Shown: positions 47,364 to 56,678 of the stretch, piece after piece
How the letters are laid out: every line of letters starts with the position of its first letter
How positions within the stretch are numbered: position 1 is the first letter of the stretch
Source: a virus
Lineage: Duplodnaviria; Heunggongvirae; Uroviricota; Caudoviricetes
DNA length: 64,000 nucleotides
Strand: one strand, 5' to 3'
Virus record (IMG/VR): IMGVR_UViG_3300035701_000006
Span: 7,267 to 71,266 of that record
Notes under the pieces: model-generated
The model's database searches: none
What the model saw: only the letters and a program-made list of their open reading frames with translations
Told to the model about the DNA's origin: nothing
Position numbers and translations under genes: made by a program

Positions 47364-48890
47364 ATGACGGCCATGATCACCGAGGAAGTCAGGCAGGCGA
47401 AGCTCCTGTCTGAATCCAAGAAGAACGAGACGATCCGGCGTTGGGCCCCGGTGCTCCGGAAGTGCACGGAGATCGGCCCCAAGAAGATGAGCACGTTCGC
47501 TCAGCTTCTCGAGAACCAGCACAGGGCATGGGCGCCAGGTGGCTCCCGCCTCCTCTTCGAGGAGACGACGACCACGAACAACATCGCGGACTTCACCAGG
47601 TTCGCGCTGCCGCTCCTGCGCAAGAGCTACCCGAAGCTGATCGCTGACAACCTGGTAGGCGTTCAGCCGATGTCCCAGCCGGCAAGCCTGATCTTCTACA
47701 TCAGGTACCGCTACGCCCTGAACAAGGGCATGACCCGGGCCGGCACGCAGATCATGCGCCAGAACACGGCGCAGCAGTTCGCTCGCCAGAACGGCTGGGC
47801 GATGGATCCGTACTACAGCTCCCAGACGGTCAAGGGCGAGGAAGCCACGATCGGACCAGGCGGCGGCGTGGTCACGGCTACGCTCGTGCACAAGCCCGTG
47901 CTCGCCGGCACGGTCGTCGTGAACGTCTACGAGGCGGACACCGACTCCTGCCTCGAGCCGACCCCCTGCCTGCAGGTCGGGTTCGACTCGACGGGTCATG
48001 CGGACACCGTGCTGGTCGGTTCCGGCACCGGCTGTCCGGCGGGCGTCGTGGTTGACACCACGACAAGCGGCGGGACGTTCTTCGACCACAGCTCGGCCCA
48101 GGTCCAGGTCACGCTGACCTCCGGCAACCTGACCGGCCTGGTCGCCAGGGTCGACTACGAGTTCGACCTGGAGAACAACCCCTTCCAGCCCGAGGTCACG
48201 CTCTCCATCGACTCCGACAGCGTGTCGGCAGTCACCCGGAAGCTCAAGACCAGCTGGTCGCTGGAAGCCGCTCAGGACCTCAAGGCGGTGCACAACATCG
48301 ACGCTGAGAGCACCCTGACGGACCTCATGGCCGACGAGATGGTCGCCGAGATCGACCGCGAGATCATCAACGACCTCATCATCGCCGCCTCGATCCGCGC
48401 CACGCACAACTTCGCCACCGCGGCGGGGGCGAGCGTGAACTTCACGGATCGCAACATCGCGCTGCTGTACAAGGTGCTGGAAGTCGCCAACGTCATCCAC
48501 AGGACGACCCTCCGCGGGCCGGCCAACTGGATGGTCACCTCGGCCGACATCGCCAGCAAGTTCGAGCAGCTGAACGACTTCAGGGGCTCGGACGCTCTCG
48601 CGCAGGACGGGATCGACATCGGGATCACCAGCGCCGGGACGGTTCAGGGGAAGATCAAGCTGTACAAGGACCCCCTCTTCCCGAACTGCAAGATCCTGAT
48701 GGGCTTCAAGGGCAACAGCGTGCTGGATGCGGGCTACTTCTATGCGCCCTACATTCCCCTGCTGTCCACGCCGACCGTGCTGGACCCCAACAGCTTCACC
48801 CCGAACAAGGGCATAATGACGCGTTACGGAAAAAAGCTCATCGAGGACGGTGGGCTTTACTACGGCGTGGTTACGGTCTCGAATTTGTAA
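47364..48890 (+). CDS. gp23: Major capsid protein (gp23-like)
   Basis: LVGVQPMSQPASLIF, VSAVTRKLKTSWSLEAAQDLKAVHNIDAE, EIDREII, YAPYIPL and GIMTRYG. Confidence 0.97.
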   Translation: MTAMITEEVRQAKLLSESKKNETIRRWAPVLRKCTEIGPKKMSTFAQLLENQHRAWAPGGSRLLFEETTTTNNIADFTRFALPLLRKSYPKLIADNLVGVQPMSQPASLIFYIRYRYALNKGMTRAGTQIMRQNTAQQFARQNGWAMDPYYSSQTVKGEEATIGPGGGVVTATLVHKPVLAGTVVVNVYEADTDSCLEPTPCLQVGFDSTGHADTVLVGSGTGCPAGVVVDTTTSGGTFFDHSSAQVQVTLTSGNLTGLVARVDYEFDLENNPFQPEVTLSIDSDSVSAVTRKLKTSWSLEAAQDLKAVHNIDAESTLTDLMADEMVAEIDREIINDLIIAASIRATHNFATAAGASVNFTDRNIALLYKVLEVANVIHRTTLRGPANWMVTSADIASKFEQLNDFRGSDALAQDGIDIGITSAGTVQGKIKLYKDPLFPNCKILMGFKGNSVLDAGYFYAPYIPLLSTPTVLDPNSFTPNKGIMTRYGKKLIEDGGLYYGVVTVSNL

Positions 48891-48919
48891 CCGTGACCGC
48901 TCCAATCTGGACGTAATGG

Positions 48920-48955
48920 AAAGGCCCGGAAGGAAACTTCCGGGCCTTTTCTTTT
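48920..48955 (+). terminator. Intrinsic terminator after the capsid gene
   Basis: AAAGGCCCGGAAG-GAAA-CTTCCGGGCCTTT followed by TCTTTT. Confidence 0.92.
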
Positions 48956-48988
48956 GTATGTAGGAATATCTTACCGTATTTAAACAAT

Positions 48989-49564
48989 ATGAGAAAATGC
49001 GTGAAATGTGGTACATCTGAGTTGGCGTGTGTTTTCAAACCGCGCGCCAATGTTTGTATGGAATGCCATAAGGAATACATGCGGAAATATAGGCTGAAGA
49101 ATAGGGAGAGGCTTAGCAAGCTAGTGATGGAATGGAAGAACAAGAACAGGGATAAGTACAGAGATTCTTGCAGGGCGCACTATGCCACGGAGGAAGGGAA
49201 GCGGAAGCATGTAGTCAGGGTTGAGAGGACGTTTCGTTCCTGGCTATCACATTTGACAAGTAGATCTCGGATGCGGAATCCGGGGCCTCACGATCCTAAG
49301 GACCCTGAGCGTAGAGAATTCAACATAGACCTGGACTACGTGATGGGGATCCTTGAACGTCAAAAGCATCACTGCGCATTGACTGGCCTTCCTTTGACCC
49401 ATAGATTTAATGACCTTTATGCCGCCTCAGTTGACAGAATAGATTCTTCAAAAGGACACATCAAGGGGAACATCCAGATTATCTGTTCGGCTATCAACTT
49501 TGCCAAGCGCAGTCATTCTAATGAGGGCATGATCAAGTTCATTAGAGATCTCCGTTCTCAGTAG
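48989..49564 (+). CDS. Free-standing HNH-like (putative homing) endonuclease
   Basis: N-terminal CVKC..CMEC, then CALTG...ASVDRIDSSKGHIKGNIQIICSAINFAK. Lower GC than its neighbours. Confidence 0.8.
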   Translation: MRKCVKCGTSELACVFKPRANVCMECHKEYMRKYRLKNRERLSKLVMEWKNKNRDKYRDSCRAHYATEEGKRKHVVRVERTFRSWLSHLTSRSRMRNPGPHDPKDPERREFNIDLDYVMGILERQKHHCALTGLPLTHRFNDLYAASVDRIDSSKGHIKGNIQIICSAINFAKRSHSNEGMIKFIRDLRSQ

Positions 49565-49617
49565 TCTTCTTTCCGTATTTAACCCAACGTTGACTACCAA
49601 GACAAGGAGAACGTGTC

Positions 49618-49953
49618 ATGTGGTACGTCCAAACTTCCGCAGAACACGGAAACGAGGCTGTTCCCACAGAGAATGAGCTGAGAAAATCCATTGCCAGAAC
49701 TTATTGGAAGGCTGAACAGCGATGGAAAAGCTGGCGTGGGCAGCATCCCAAGGATTCAAGACCGGGTATTAATTATTCTGGTTCTTCCGAAGAGGATGGC
49801 ATTGCTAACGATTGGCGAGCCTTCGATGTCTTGTTTAAGTCGTGGAAATCTCGCCATCTGGTTCCCTCTGGGTATTTCTGGGGTATTGGATATCCCAGTC
49901 ATGAGCCGGAATTGATGAAGAGCGCATATTACGCGAAGAAGGGCCAGCCATGA
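49618..49953 (+). CDS. Hypothetical protein
   Basis: SD AAGGAG and lower GC. Confidence 0.45.
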   Translation: MWYVQTSAEHGNEAVPTENELRKSIARTYWKAEQRWKSWRGQHPKDSRPGINYSGSSEEDGIANDWRAFDVLFKSWKSRHLVPSGYFWGIGYPSHEPELMKSAYYAKKGQP

Positions 49954-50189
49954 CCCACAAGGAAGCCTGGGCAGAGCGCAACGCCATCTGGAAGGCCACC
50001 GAAGAGGAGAAGGACAGGCACAAGAAAGCGCTCGAGGAGCTTGAAGCCAGAATGGCTCAACTAAAGAAGATTTGTCCCCACGAAGAGGTGTACTCCTACT
50101 CAGGGACTCCATACGACTCCGGCGGATATTCCTGTGAAGTTACCAAGGATTTCGGATTTGACAAGCCCCAACACTCGAGGGTCGTCTAA
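49950..50189 (+). CDS. Hypothetical protein
   Basis: Coupled ORF, coiled-coil followed by CPH..C. Confidence 0.45.
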   Translation: MTHKEAWAERNAIWKATEEEKDRHKKALEELEARMAQLKKICPHEEVYSYSGTPYDSGGYSCEVTKDFGFDKPQHSRVV

Positions 50190-50284
50190 TGTGGGCTCTC
50201 TGGCTTGCCGTGGGGTTCGTGGCGGGACTTATTGCCATGTTCCTATTCTTTTGTATCTTCTTCATGAAGCCGCCCTTTAGGTGA
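50189..50284 (+). CDS. 31-aa single-pass membrane peptide
   Basis: Hand translation MWALWLAVGFVAGLIAMFLFFCIFFMKPPFR. The ATG overlaps the upstream TAA. Confidence 0.4.
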   Translation: MWALWLAVGFVAGLIAMFLFFCIFFMKPPFR

Positions 50285-50291
50285 TAGGATA

Positions 50292-50570
50292 ATGCCTACT
50301 CAGGAAGAGATCATCGACGCGCTGGTCCTGGTGCTGTCGGCCCAGCGGGCCGCTTGTATAGAAGATTTCGATGCGTACAAAAATGCCGGTCGGCTTCTAG
50401 ACGCTCGTGCCGGAGAGATCTTATACGCCAGGCGCAGGAAGCTAGAGGAGGAGAAGGCCAAGTCCGACGAGACGGTCTACGGTGTCGCCCTCGTCACCGT
50501 ACCCCGGAAGCTCCGGAGCGACCGCGGCAAGTCGCGCGGTCCTCTGCATAAGAAGGCGAGAGGCAAGTAA
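50292..50570 (+). CDS. Hypothetical protein
   Basis: C-terminal RKLRSDRGKSR basic motif. Confidence 0.45.
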   Translation: MPTQEEIIDALVLVLSAQRAACIEDFDAYKNAGRLLDARAGEILYARRRKLEEEKAKSDETVYGVALVTVPRKLRSDRGKSRGPLHKKARGK

Positions 50571-50748
50571 ATGCGGCCATTACATGACCTTCGGCTGCGA
50601 GTGCAAGTGCGAGCCGAAGTGCATAACTCCGACGAACGAGCAGATAGCCGCCTTAAACGCGCGGCTCAAGGAGGACCTAAAGGACGTGAAGAGATACGAG
50701 GCGCCAAAGGGAGCACAAGGCTTGCAGGGATATCGTTAGGACTAAAAT

Positions 50749-51777
50749 ATGGGTGGCACTCAGGGCTGGCAGGACGCTCCGTTGTCGTCGGATGCGCAGA
50801 GGTTCATCTCGGAACTTCCCACGACGGCGAAGGGCTGGTTCCTCAGGTTCCTTCGGGAGTTCGTCACCGGCGCAGGCGAGATGCGCGGGAACGACCTCCC
50901 GGACGGTTGCGAGCATCAGCACAATTACCAGGAGTACCTCAAGTTCGCCTACGACAAGCACCTGGAAATCGTCCTGACGCCGGACATCATCTGGTTCACG
51001 CTCTTGTGCGAGGTCGCCCGGATCGTCGACAAGGACCCGGAAGCCTACAGGGACAAATTCACGACGTCGAATGAGAAGATCCAGATCCAGGTTCGTACAG
51101 AAACTCCTCAGGACCTCACGACGTATATCGGCCAGATCATGAAGCGGCTCAGGAATTACGTCCCAGGCGGTCTGGCAGACAAGATTCTGGTCGAGTTCAC
51201 GACGGGGACGCTATCCTCCACGTTGGCCCTCCGTTCAGCTTTCGCCGACATGATAAGGCATTATTACGGCTACCAGGGCTGCGGGGGCTATCAGGGGCCG
51301 CCCTACGTGCTTCCAAAAGGCGACATCCCTGAGGTCCACCTGGAGGGTACCGCGGAGGACTGGGGAAAGATCGTGGATGGCTGGACAGCGGTCTGGCAGA
51401 CGGTCTTCACGGGCGACAATCCCTTGATGATCGGATATATCGATGACGTGATCGACATCCTCACGAGGCTGGAAGATATGGCGAGGGGGGTACATCAGCC
51501 GGCCGGAGACCAGCACTTTCTCCGAAGGATCTTCTATGAGGAAGGGAATATGTCTACCCGGCTGACGACGACCTCTGGGTGGTTCCTGAAGCTGCTTGCA
51601 CCTGCGGGGATCAAGGTCAAGAGCGCCCTGGAGCATGTCGCCCGGGTGCCGTACAGCGCGTCATACGACGACGGTAGGGCGGAGAACCTCATCCTGGCAG
51701 CCGGTCTCTTCTCGAGGCGGTTGGACGGCAATGTGCTGCGGCCCGAATTCAACCACGTCATCTACAGCGTGAGGTAA
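50749..51777 (+). CDS. DUF4419-family protein
   Basis: AYDKHLEIVLTPDIIWFTLL...DPEAYRDKF, EFTT, YYGY..CG..IPEVHLEGT.EDW and SGWFL. Confidence 0.75.
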   Translation: MGGTQGWQDAPLSSDAQRFISELPTTAKGWFLRFLREFVTGAGEMRGNDLPDGCEHQHNYQEYLKFAYDKHLEIVLTPDIIWFTLLCEVARIVDKDPEAYRDKFTTSNEKIQIQVRTETPQDLTTYIGQIMKRLRNYVPGGLADKILVEFTTGTLSSTLALRSAFADMIRHYYGYQGCGGYQGPPYVLPKGDIPEVHLEGTAEDWGKIVDGWTAVWQTVFTGDNPLMIGYIDDVIDILTRLEDMARGVHQPAGDQHFLRRIFYEEGNMSTRLTTTSGWFLKLLAPAGIKVKSALEHVARVPYSASYDDGRAENLILAAGLFSRRLDGNVLRPEFNHVIYSVR

Positions 51778-51782
51778 CTGAT

Positions 51783-53352
51783 ATGCGAAGATGGGGAATG
51801 CAGCTCATAGACTGCAAGAGGACTCACTGGTGGAAGCTGTCGTTCTTCTGGTTCCCGTACGTCTACGTCGCGTTCAACGTAGTCGGCGGCGGAGGGCTGC
51901 GCAAGTATCGCTACGTTGAGATCTGTACTAGATTCATGAAGAAAGGATGGTACTTTACCTGGGACACGGCATGAATAAAGAAGGCGTGATCAGGACATAC
52001 ATCGAGATGGAGAAGAAGGACCTGGAGACGAAGAGCCTGCGTCACCCGAACTGGTGGGACTCGCCGGAAGGCAAGAAATATCGCCTGGAGGCAAGCCAGC
52101 GGTCCGAGAAGTGGTGGTCCAGCCCGGAAGGCATGACCCACCGGAAGAAGATGGAAGAATTCTGGCGGGATAGGGGAGCTGACGCCTCGAGCAAGAGAAA
52201 AACGAAGTACTGGTGGAAGGTCAAGGCCTACGCCAAACAGCACGGCTTGACCGTGCCGGAAGCGCAGAGCCAGCTAAGGGACAGGACGCTGAAGCAGCGG
52301 AAGTACAGGCTGCGCTACAAGAGCGTCATGGAGGAACGCGGCCTCATCATGAACTGGATCCGGCTCACGAAGGAGAACGACGCGCTCATCTGCAGCGCCA
52401 GGAAGAGGCTCGACACGACCAAGCACGTCATCGTGAACGCGGCCATAAGGTTCTTCCTGCTCAACGACGCTGACATACCGAACGGCGACAGGCTGGCGGG
52501 GAGTTCCAGGGAGAGATGGCATCCGGACAATACGCGGAGAAAACATGGAGACGGACAACCCACGCTATGATCTAGCAGCTTTGGTGAGAGACATCCAACT
52601 CTCCCTGAAGTGTTACATCGGGATGAATCCGGACGGTAAGTATGAGGATGCCGTAGAGTTCGCGCTGAAGGATGTCATGAAGGCGACGAGGGGCAGCATG
52701 AACCCTGCGGTGGTCAGGACGATCATCCAGCTGGAGAGATCGGTCTTCAAAGACTCCAAATACCTGCTGCCATGCTAGGAGGGGTTATGGGTAACGAAGA
52801 TGCAAAGTGCGGGCCGCCCTGCCGGGAGAAGTACTGGAGCGAGATCGATGCCGAGGAGAAGTGTCAGCGGCTCCGTGTCGAAATCAAGCGGCAATATCGG
52901 CTGATAGTCGAGATGATGGAAATATTGCGGAAGCTCTCGAAGCATAGTCACGACGCGCAGGGGAAGCCGTCCGTAGCGATCGAACCTGTCTATGACGGTC
53001 CGGGCGGCCCATATCCCGGTAAGGACGACAGGGACGAAGAGGTCTATTTCTGAGGGTGCTATGTACTGCCAAAGGTGCGGACGCGTCCTGGATACGTTCG
53101 AGCAGAGGATTGGCTACTGTCGCGACTGCGACGTTCCACGCTTGCTCGAGGAAATCCGGAATAGGATGGGATTCCAGCCTGTCACCCCGGATAAGGATGG
53201 TATCATTACGATCACGACCCGTCCGATCGTCAGGCAATGGGTTGACGGCGTTGAAATGCCAGCGTCCCCATCTATGGACGGGTCGAGTTGTGCATCCTGC
53301 GGCCATTCCGTGGGTCACGAGTAGTCGTCCATCCCGTGCTACCAATGATTGA
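51783..53352 (+). other. Run of five small hypothetical ORFs (51783-51974, 51971-52570, 52545-52778, 52772-53053, 53056-53352)
   Basis: Translationally coupled plus-strand ORFs. The last has CQRC..CRDC..CASC Zn motifs. No recognisable family. Confidence 0.45.
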
Positions 53353-53377
53353 CAGCTTGATGCCTCTGTGGTATCAT
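53349..53377 (+). promoter_or_regulatory. Sigma70-type (early) promoter
   Basis: TTGACA-17 nt-TATCAT with TG just upstream of the -10. Confidence 0.75.
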
Positions 53378-53417
53378 GTATTTGATGGACAAAGAACCCA
53401 TCATTGGAGGCTCGGCT

Positions 53418-53657
53418 ATGGAGAAATGTGCGAAGTGCGACAGGGAGTTCAAGACCACGCAGGGCGCGGCGGTCCATCGTGCTCGGATGCACAGCAAGCG
53501 CGCCAGGGCCAGGAAGGCCGCCAATGCCCGCTGGGCCAAGGTGCGGGCCGCGAAGAAGGCAGAGAAGGCACCCCGCGCTATCCGCGGAGCGATGCCCGTC
53601 ATGATCCGGTTCTGTCCGCATTGCGGACATGAGATCCCGAACGCCATCATCAGCTGA
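53418..53657 (+). CDS. C2H2-type zinc finger protein
   Basis: CAKCDREFKTTQGAAVHRARMH plus a C-terminal CPHC. SD GGAGG. Confidence 0.65.
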   Translation: MEKCAKCDREFKTTQGAAVHRARMHSKRARARKAANARWAKVRAAKKAEKAPRAIRGAMPVMIRFCPHCGHEIPNAIIS

Positions 53658-53721
53658 TCCACAACCCACAACAACAGAATCGACAACCGGCACCTTGGTG
53701 CCTCATTTTACGGAGGTCTGT

Positions 53722-53961
53722 ATGTTGGACCGCGTCACGCGCTCGTCGATCATCTATTTCGGCGAGCGCGGGTTCCACGCGAGCCTGATCGCCGATAAGA
53801 CGGGCCTGGAGAAGGGGCAGGTCTACTACGCCTGCCGCAAGCTGGGCATCCGTCTCCGGGATTACCGGAACGGCTTGGGCGAGGTCGCCGAGCGCATCGT
53901 CGCCGTCGCGCCGTGCGTCCGCGTCAGAACCGTTCGTCGTCGTCAACGAGTCACGGCCTAG
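53722..53961 (+). CDS. Small HTH-like protein
   Basis: ASLIADKTGLEKGQVYYACRKLG. SD GGAGG. Confidence 0.5.
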   Translation: MLDRVTRSSIIYFGERGFHASLIADKTGLEKGQVYYACRKLGIRLRDYRNGLGEVAERIVAVAPCVRVRTVRRRQRVTA

Positions 53962-53998
53962 TAAGTCCAAGGCCGTGACGTAGCGAGCGGGAGCAGCT

Positions 53999-55258
53999 AT
54001 GACGGACAAGCTGAAGGTTCTTGTCGTAGGTGGTGACGACAGGAGCATCACAGACGAAGTGCGGGAGCGGCTGGACGTCATCCACGTCCAAAGCAACAAG
54101 CCGCTCCAGTCCGTCCTCGCCCCCGACGCGAAGGCAGTCATCGCGATCTCCCGGTTCATGTCGGGAACCATGTTCGACAAGGCGAGGGAGGCAAGCAGAC
54201 GTCGAGGAATCCCATTTATCCAGGCTAAGACGGGCAACTACGTCATTTCAGTTTTGGTCAAGCGCGGCCTTCTCACTGCTACTCCTCCGCGACCCAAGCA
54301 AGCGACCCCACCCGACCAGACTACTCCCACACCAACTCCATCGACCTCTGCAACCGGAATCGCAGTGGACAAGCTGTGGGACCTTTATGGCGGGGCGGCT
54401 GGGGACGCGATCCGGGACGGGCTCAGTGAAGGCGAAGTCTTTACGCACGAGGAAATGATCGATCTACTCACGCTGATCGGCCTTCCGCCATCCGATTGCG
54501 AAAACCATCTGATGCCTGAACTCAGGGTGCGAGGGCTTATCGAGAGGGTGTCAGACACCGAGTGGAAGAGGCCGGGCACGACCATCCATAGGAGAGGAAC
54601 GCGGGCGCACCTCAAGCCTGCTTGGGAAGCGATATCGGCGAAGTCAATCAAAGAGAACGATCGCCTTGCCGGGCTTTTGGCTGGATTGCCAGAGGGACCC
54701 TATAGGAGCGTGAACCAGTTCCGGGACATTACGGGCAGTTTCGCAGAATTCACGAGCAGGGGTGGCAAGCCCCTTACCTGGGACCGGATAAATAAGATTA
54801 TCGAACGGGCGCAGCAATTGGGTGTCGTGCTCAAGAACGGCGATGATGATCAATTCCACATAAAGCACGATGCCTCCGTGAAGCTCACGCAAACCAAGGG
54901 GCACTGGCAAATCGGGCCGAAGCCTGCCGCTGAGGTTGTTGCGAAGCCCGACGAGAAGTCGACGCCGAATGAGATTCATGCTACGCTCATAAAGTTCTAT
55001 AGCGGGAAGCTCAGGGAATCCGGCATGGGTGTCCCTTCTCTGGAATGGATTAAGGGCCTTGTGCCGGCGGAACATTGGAACGAGTGCGCCGCACGAAGCT
55101 GTGCCAAGCTGTCGTCGAACACGAGCTTCAAACAATATCTGGACATGCGGGAGCGCATGCCGGAGGATCTGTGGGATCAGCTGGCCTGGTACACCCTGCG
55201 GGGTTTGTCGATCGACAACCTGCTTCCATTTGCCGAGGCGATAAATGGGCGCAGTTAA
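53999..55258 (+). CDS. DUF2325-like N-terminal domain protein
   Basis: KVLVVGGD...AVIAISRFMS...RRGIPFIQ, followed by a Pro/Thr linker. Confidence 0.45.
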   Translation: MTDKLKVLVVGGDDRSITDEVRERLDVIHVQSNKPLQSVLAPDAKAVIAISRFMSGTMFDKAREASRRRGIPFIQAKTGNYVISVLVKRGLLTATPPRPKQATPPDQTTPTPTPSTSATGIAVDKLWDLYGGAAGDAIRDGLSEGEVFTHEEMIDLLTLIGLPPSDCENHLMPELRVRGLIERVSDTEWKRPGTTIHRRGTRAHLKPAWEAISAKSIKENDRLAGLLAGLPEGPYRSVNQFRDITGSFAEFTSRGGKPLTWDRINKIIERAQQLGVVLKNGDDDQFHIKHDASVKLTQTKGHWQIGPKPAAEVVAKPDEKSTPNEIHATLIKFYSGKLRESGMGVPSLEWIKGLVPAEHWNECAARSCAKLSSNTSFKQYLDMRERMPEDLWDQLAWYTLRGLSIDNLLPFAEAINGRS

Positions 55259-56048
55259 CCAGAAAATAACAAAGACCATCTTCCTCGACATAAGGGAGAG
55301 GGTCAGGGCTGCTAAGGATCAGCCCGCGTTCATTATTGCCAGCGAGATCGTCAAGGATTATCCGCAATTTGCCAATAACACGGTCACGGAATATGTTACT
55401 ATCTTAAAGACGGCAAGCGATTTCTTGCTAGATTTGTACCTGCGGGGAAAGGTGTCGCTCAGCGTTCTCAAGATATTGGCTCGCGAGACTTTGAGTAAGA
55501 GCACGAAGCATTTGTCTGACCACGGCACGCAGGATTTTCTTGCTCGGGAATTTCTTGCGAGGAAGCTGACGAGGATCCACCTTAAGCGTTTGAAGGGTTT
55601 CATGCGCAACGGTGATAGCGCGGCTGAAGCCCTTATGAAGGCAACTGGCGAGATGCCTGCGAAGCGGGTGAAGGTGTCGACCAAGAACCTTGACAAGATG
55701 CTGGATGAGATCAACAAGCTCGGCATACGATTCCGTACCAAGGTCGCGTTCGTCAACGACATGCTGCCGGTGTCCGTATTTGATGTAAGAAACGTTTTGA
55801 ATTTCTTCGAACGCGTCTATATGTTCAGACACATTCTTAAGGAGCAATTCGACTTTGTTGATAAGCGAGTGCGTGAATATCTCGATGGGTTGGGCAAGTT
55901 GCAAAGGAACCAGGCGGAATTAGCCGCCGCAAAGAAAGGAGCCGCTGATGTGTCCGAGGGAGAAGGCGCCGGATCGTCGGTTCATGATGCTGGATCGGTT
56001 CTTCAGGATCGCCCCTGTGAAGTACAAGGCGAAGGACGGGAGCGGTAG
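55245..56048 (+). CDS. Hypothetical, ParB-C-terminal/HTH-like
   Basis: NTVTEYVTIL..ASDFLLDLYLRGKVSLSVLKILA resembles the ParB post-HTH helix. Confidence 0.4.
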   Translation: MGAVNQKITKTIFLDIRERVRAAKDQPAFIIASEIVKDYPQFANNTVTEYVTILKTASDFLLDLYLRGKVSLSVLKILARETLSKSTKHLSDHGTQDFLAREFLARKLTRIHLKRLKGFMRNGDSAAEALMKATGEMPAKRVKVSTKNLDKMLDEINKLGIRFRTKVAFVNDMLPVSVFDVRNVLNFFERVYMFRHILKEQFDFVDKRVREYLDGLGKLQRNQAELAAAKKGAADVSEGEGAGSSVHDAGSVLQDRPCEVQGEGRER

Positions 56049-56616
56049 GACGGTCGTCGTCGAGCATCGTATCGGGCGCGCGGCGGGTCATTTCACGAAG
56101 AATGACCTGATGCTCAAGACCGGACTGGAGCAGGAGTACAGCGAGGACTGCTCCCAGATGGCTCGCCGCATCAAGGACCGGAAGTCCCTGCGCAGGTGGG
56201 AGAAAGGCGAGTACACGAGACAGCAGGGCCGCATGGGTAGGATGGTCGATTCCTATCGGAAATTCCTCGCTCAGTTCTACGAGGTCCAGGGCCTCGTCCC
56301 CAGGATGGTCTTTGTTCCGCATGACAAGGACAATATCATCTTCATCCAGGGGCTGGTCAATACCGGAACCCACTCGCTTGTCGCTGGGGAGGCCGAAGAC
56401 ACGGCGGCTTGGACCGACGCCACGCAGCGCAAGAACAAGCCGTCCCACGAGAGGTACGAGGAGAGTATTGCCCAGGCCAAGGCGCTCCTGCGGCTCCCGA
56501 GCATCAACAAGGACCTGGAGCATCGCCTGCGTCTGCTCGCGTCCGGCGAGCTGCCGCCGCTGCTGGAAGGGCCCAAGGATAAGAAGAAGGGCGACAAGGA
56601 GCCCGACAAGAAGTAA
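55948..56616 (+). CDS. Hypothetical protein
   Basis: 222-aa ORF with phage-like codons. Confidence 0.45.
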   Translation: MCPREKAPDRRFMMLDRFFRIAPVKYKAKDGSGRTVVVEHRIGRAAGHFTKNDLMLKTGLEQEYSEDCSQMARRIKDRKSLRRWEKGEYTRQQGRMGRMVDSYRKFLAQFYEVQGLVPRMVFVPHDKDNIIFIQGLVNTGTHSLVAGEAEDTAAWTDATQRKNKPSHERYEESIAQAKALLRLPSINKDLEHRLRLLASGELPPLLEGPKDKKKGDKEPDKK

Positions 56617-56619
56617 GCG

Positions 56620-56664
56620 ATACGATCACCCAGAGGTAGATACCCTGGCATTGGGTGATCGTAT
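56620..56664 (+). other. Intergenic hairpin
   Basis: ATACGATCACCCA...TGGGTGATCGTAT 13-bp outer stem ending just before SD AAGGAG. Confidence 0.6.
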
Positions 56665-56678
56665 TTAAGGAGATAGGG

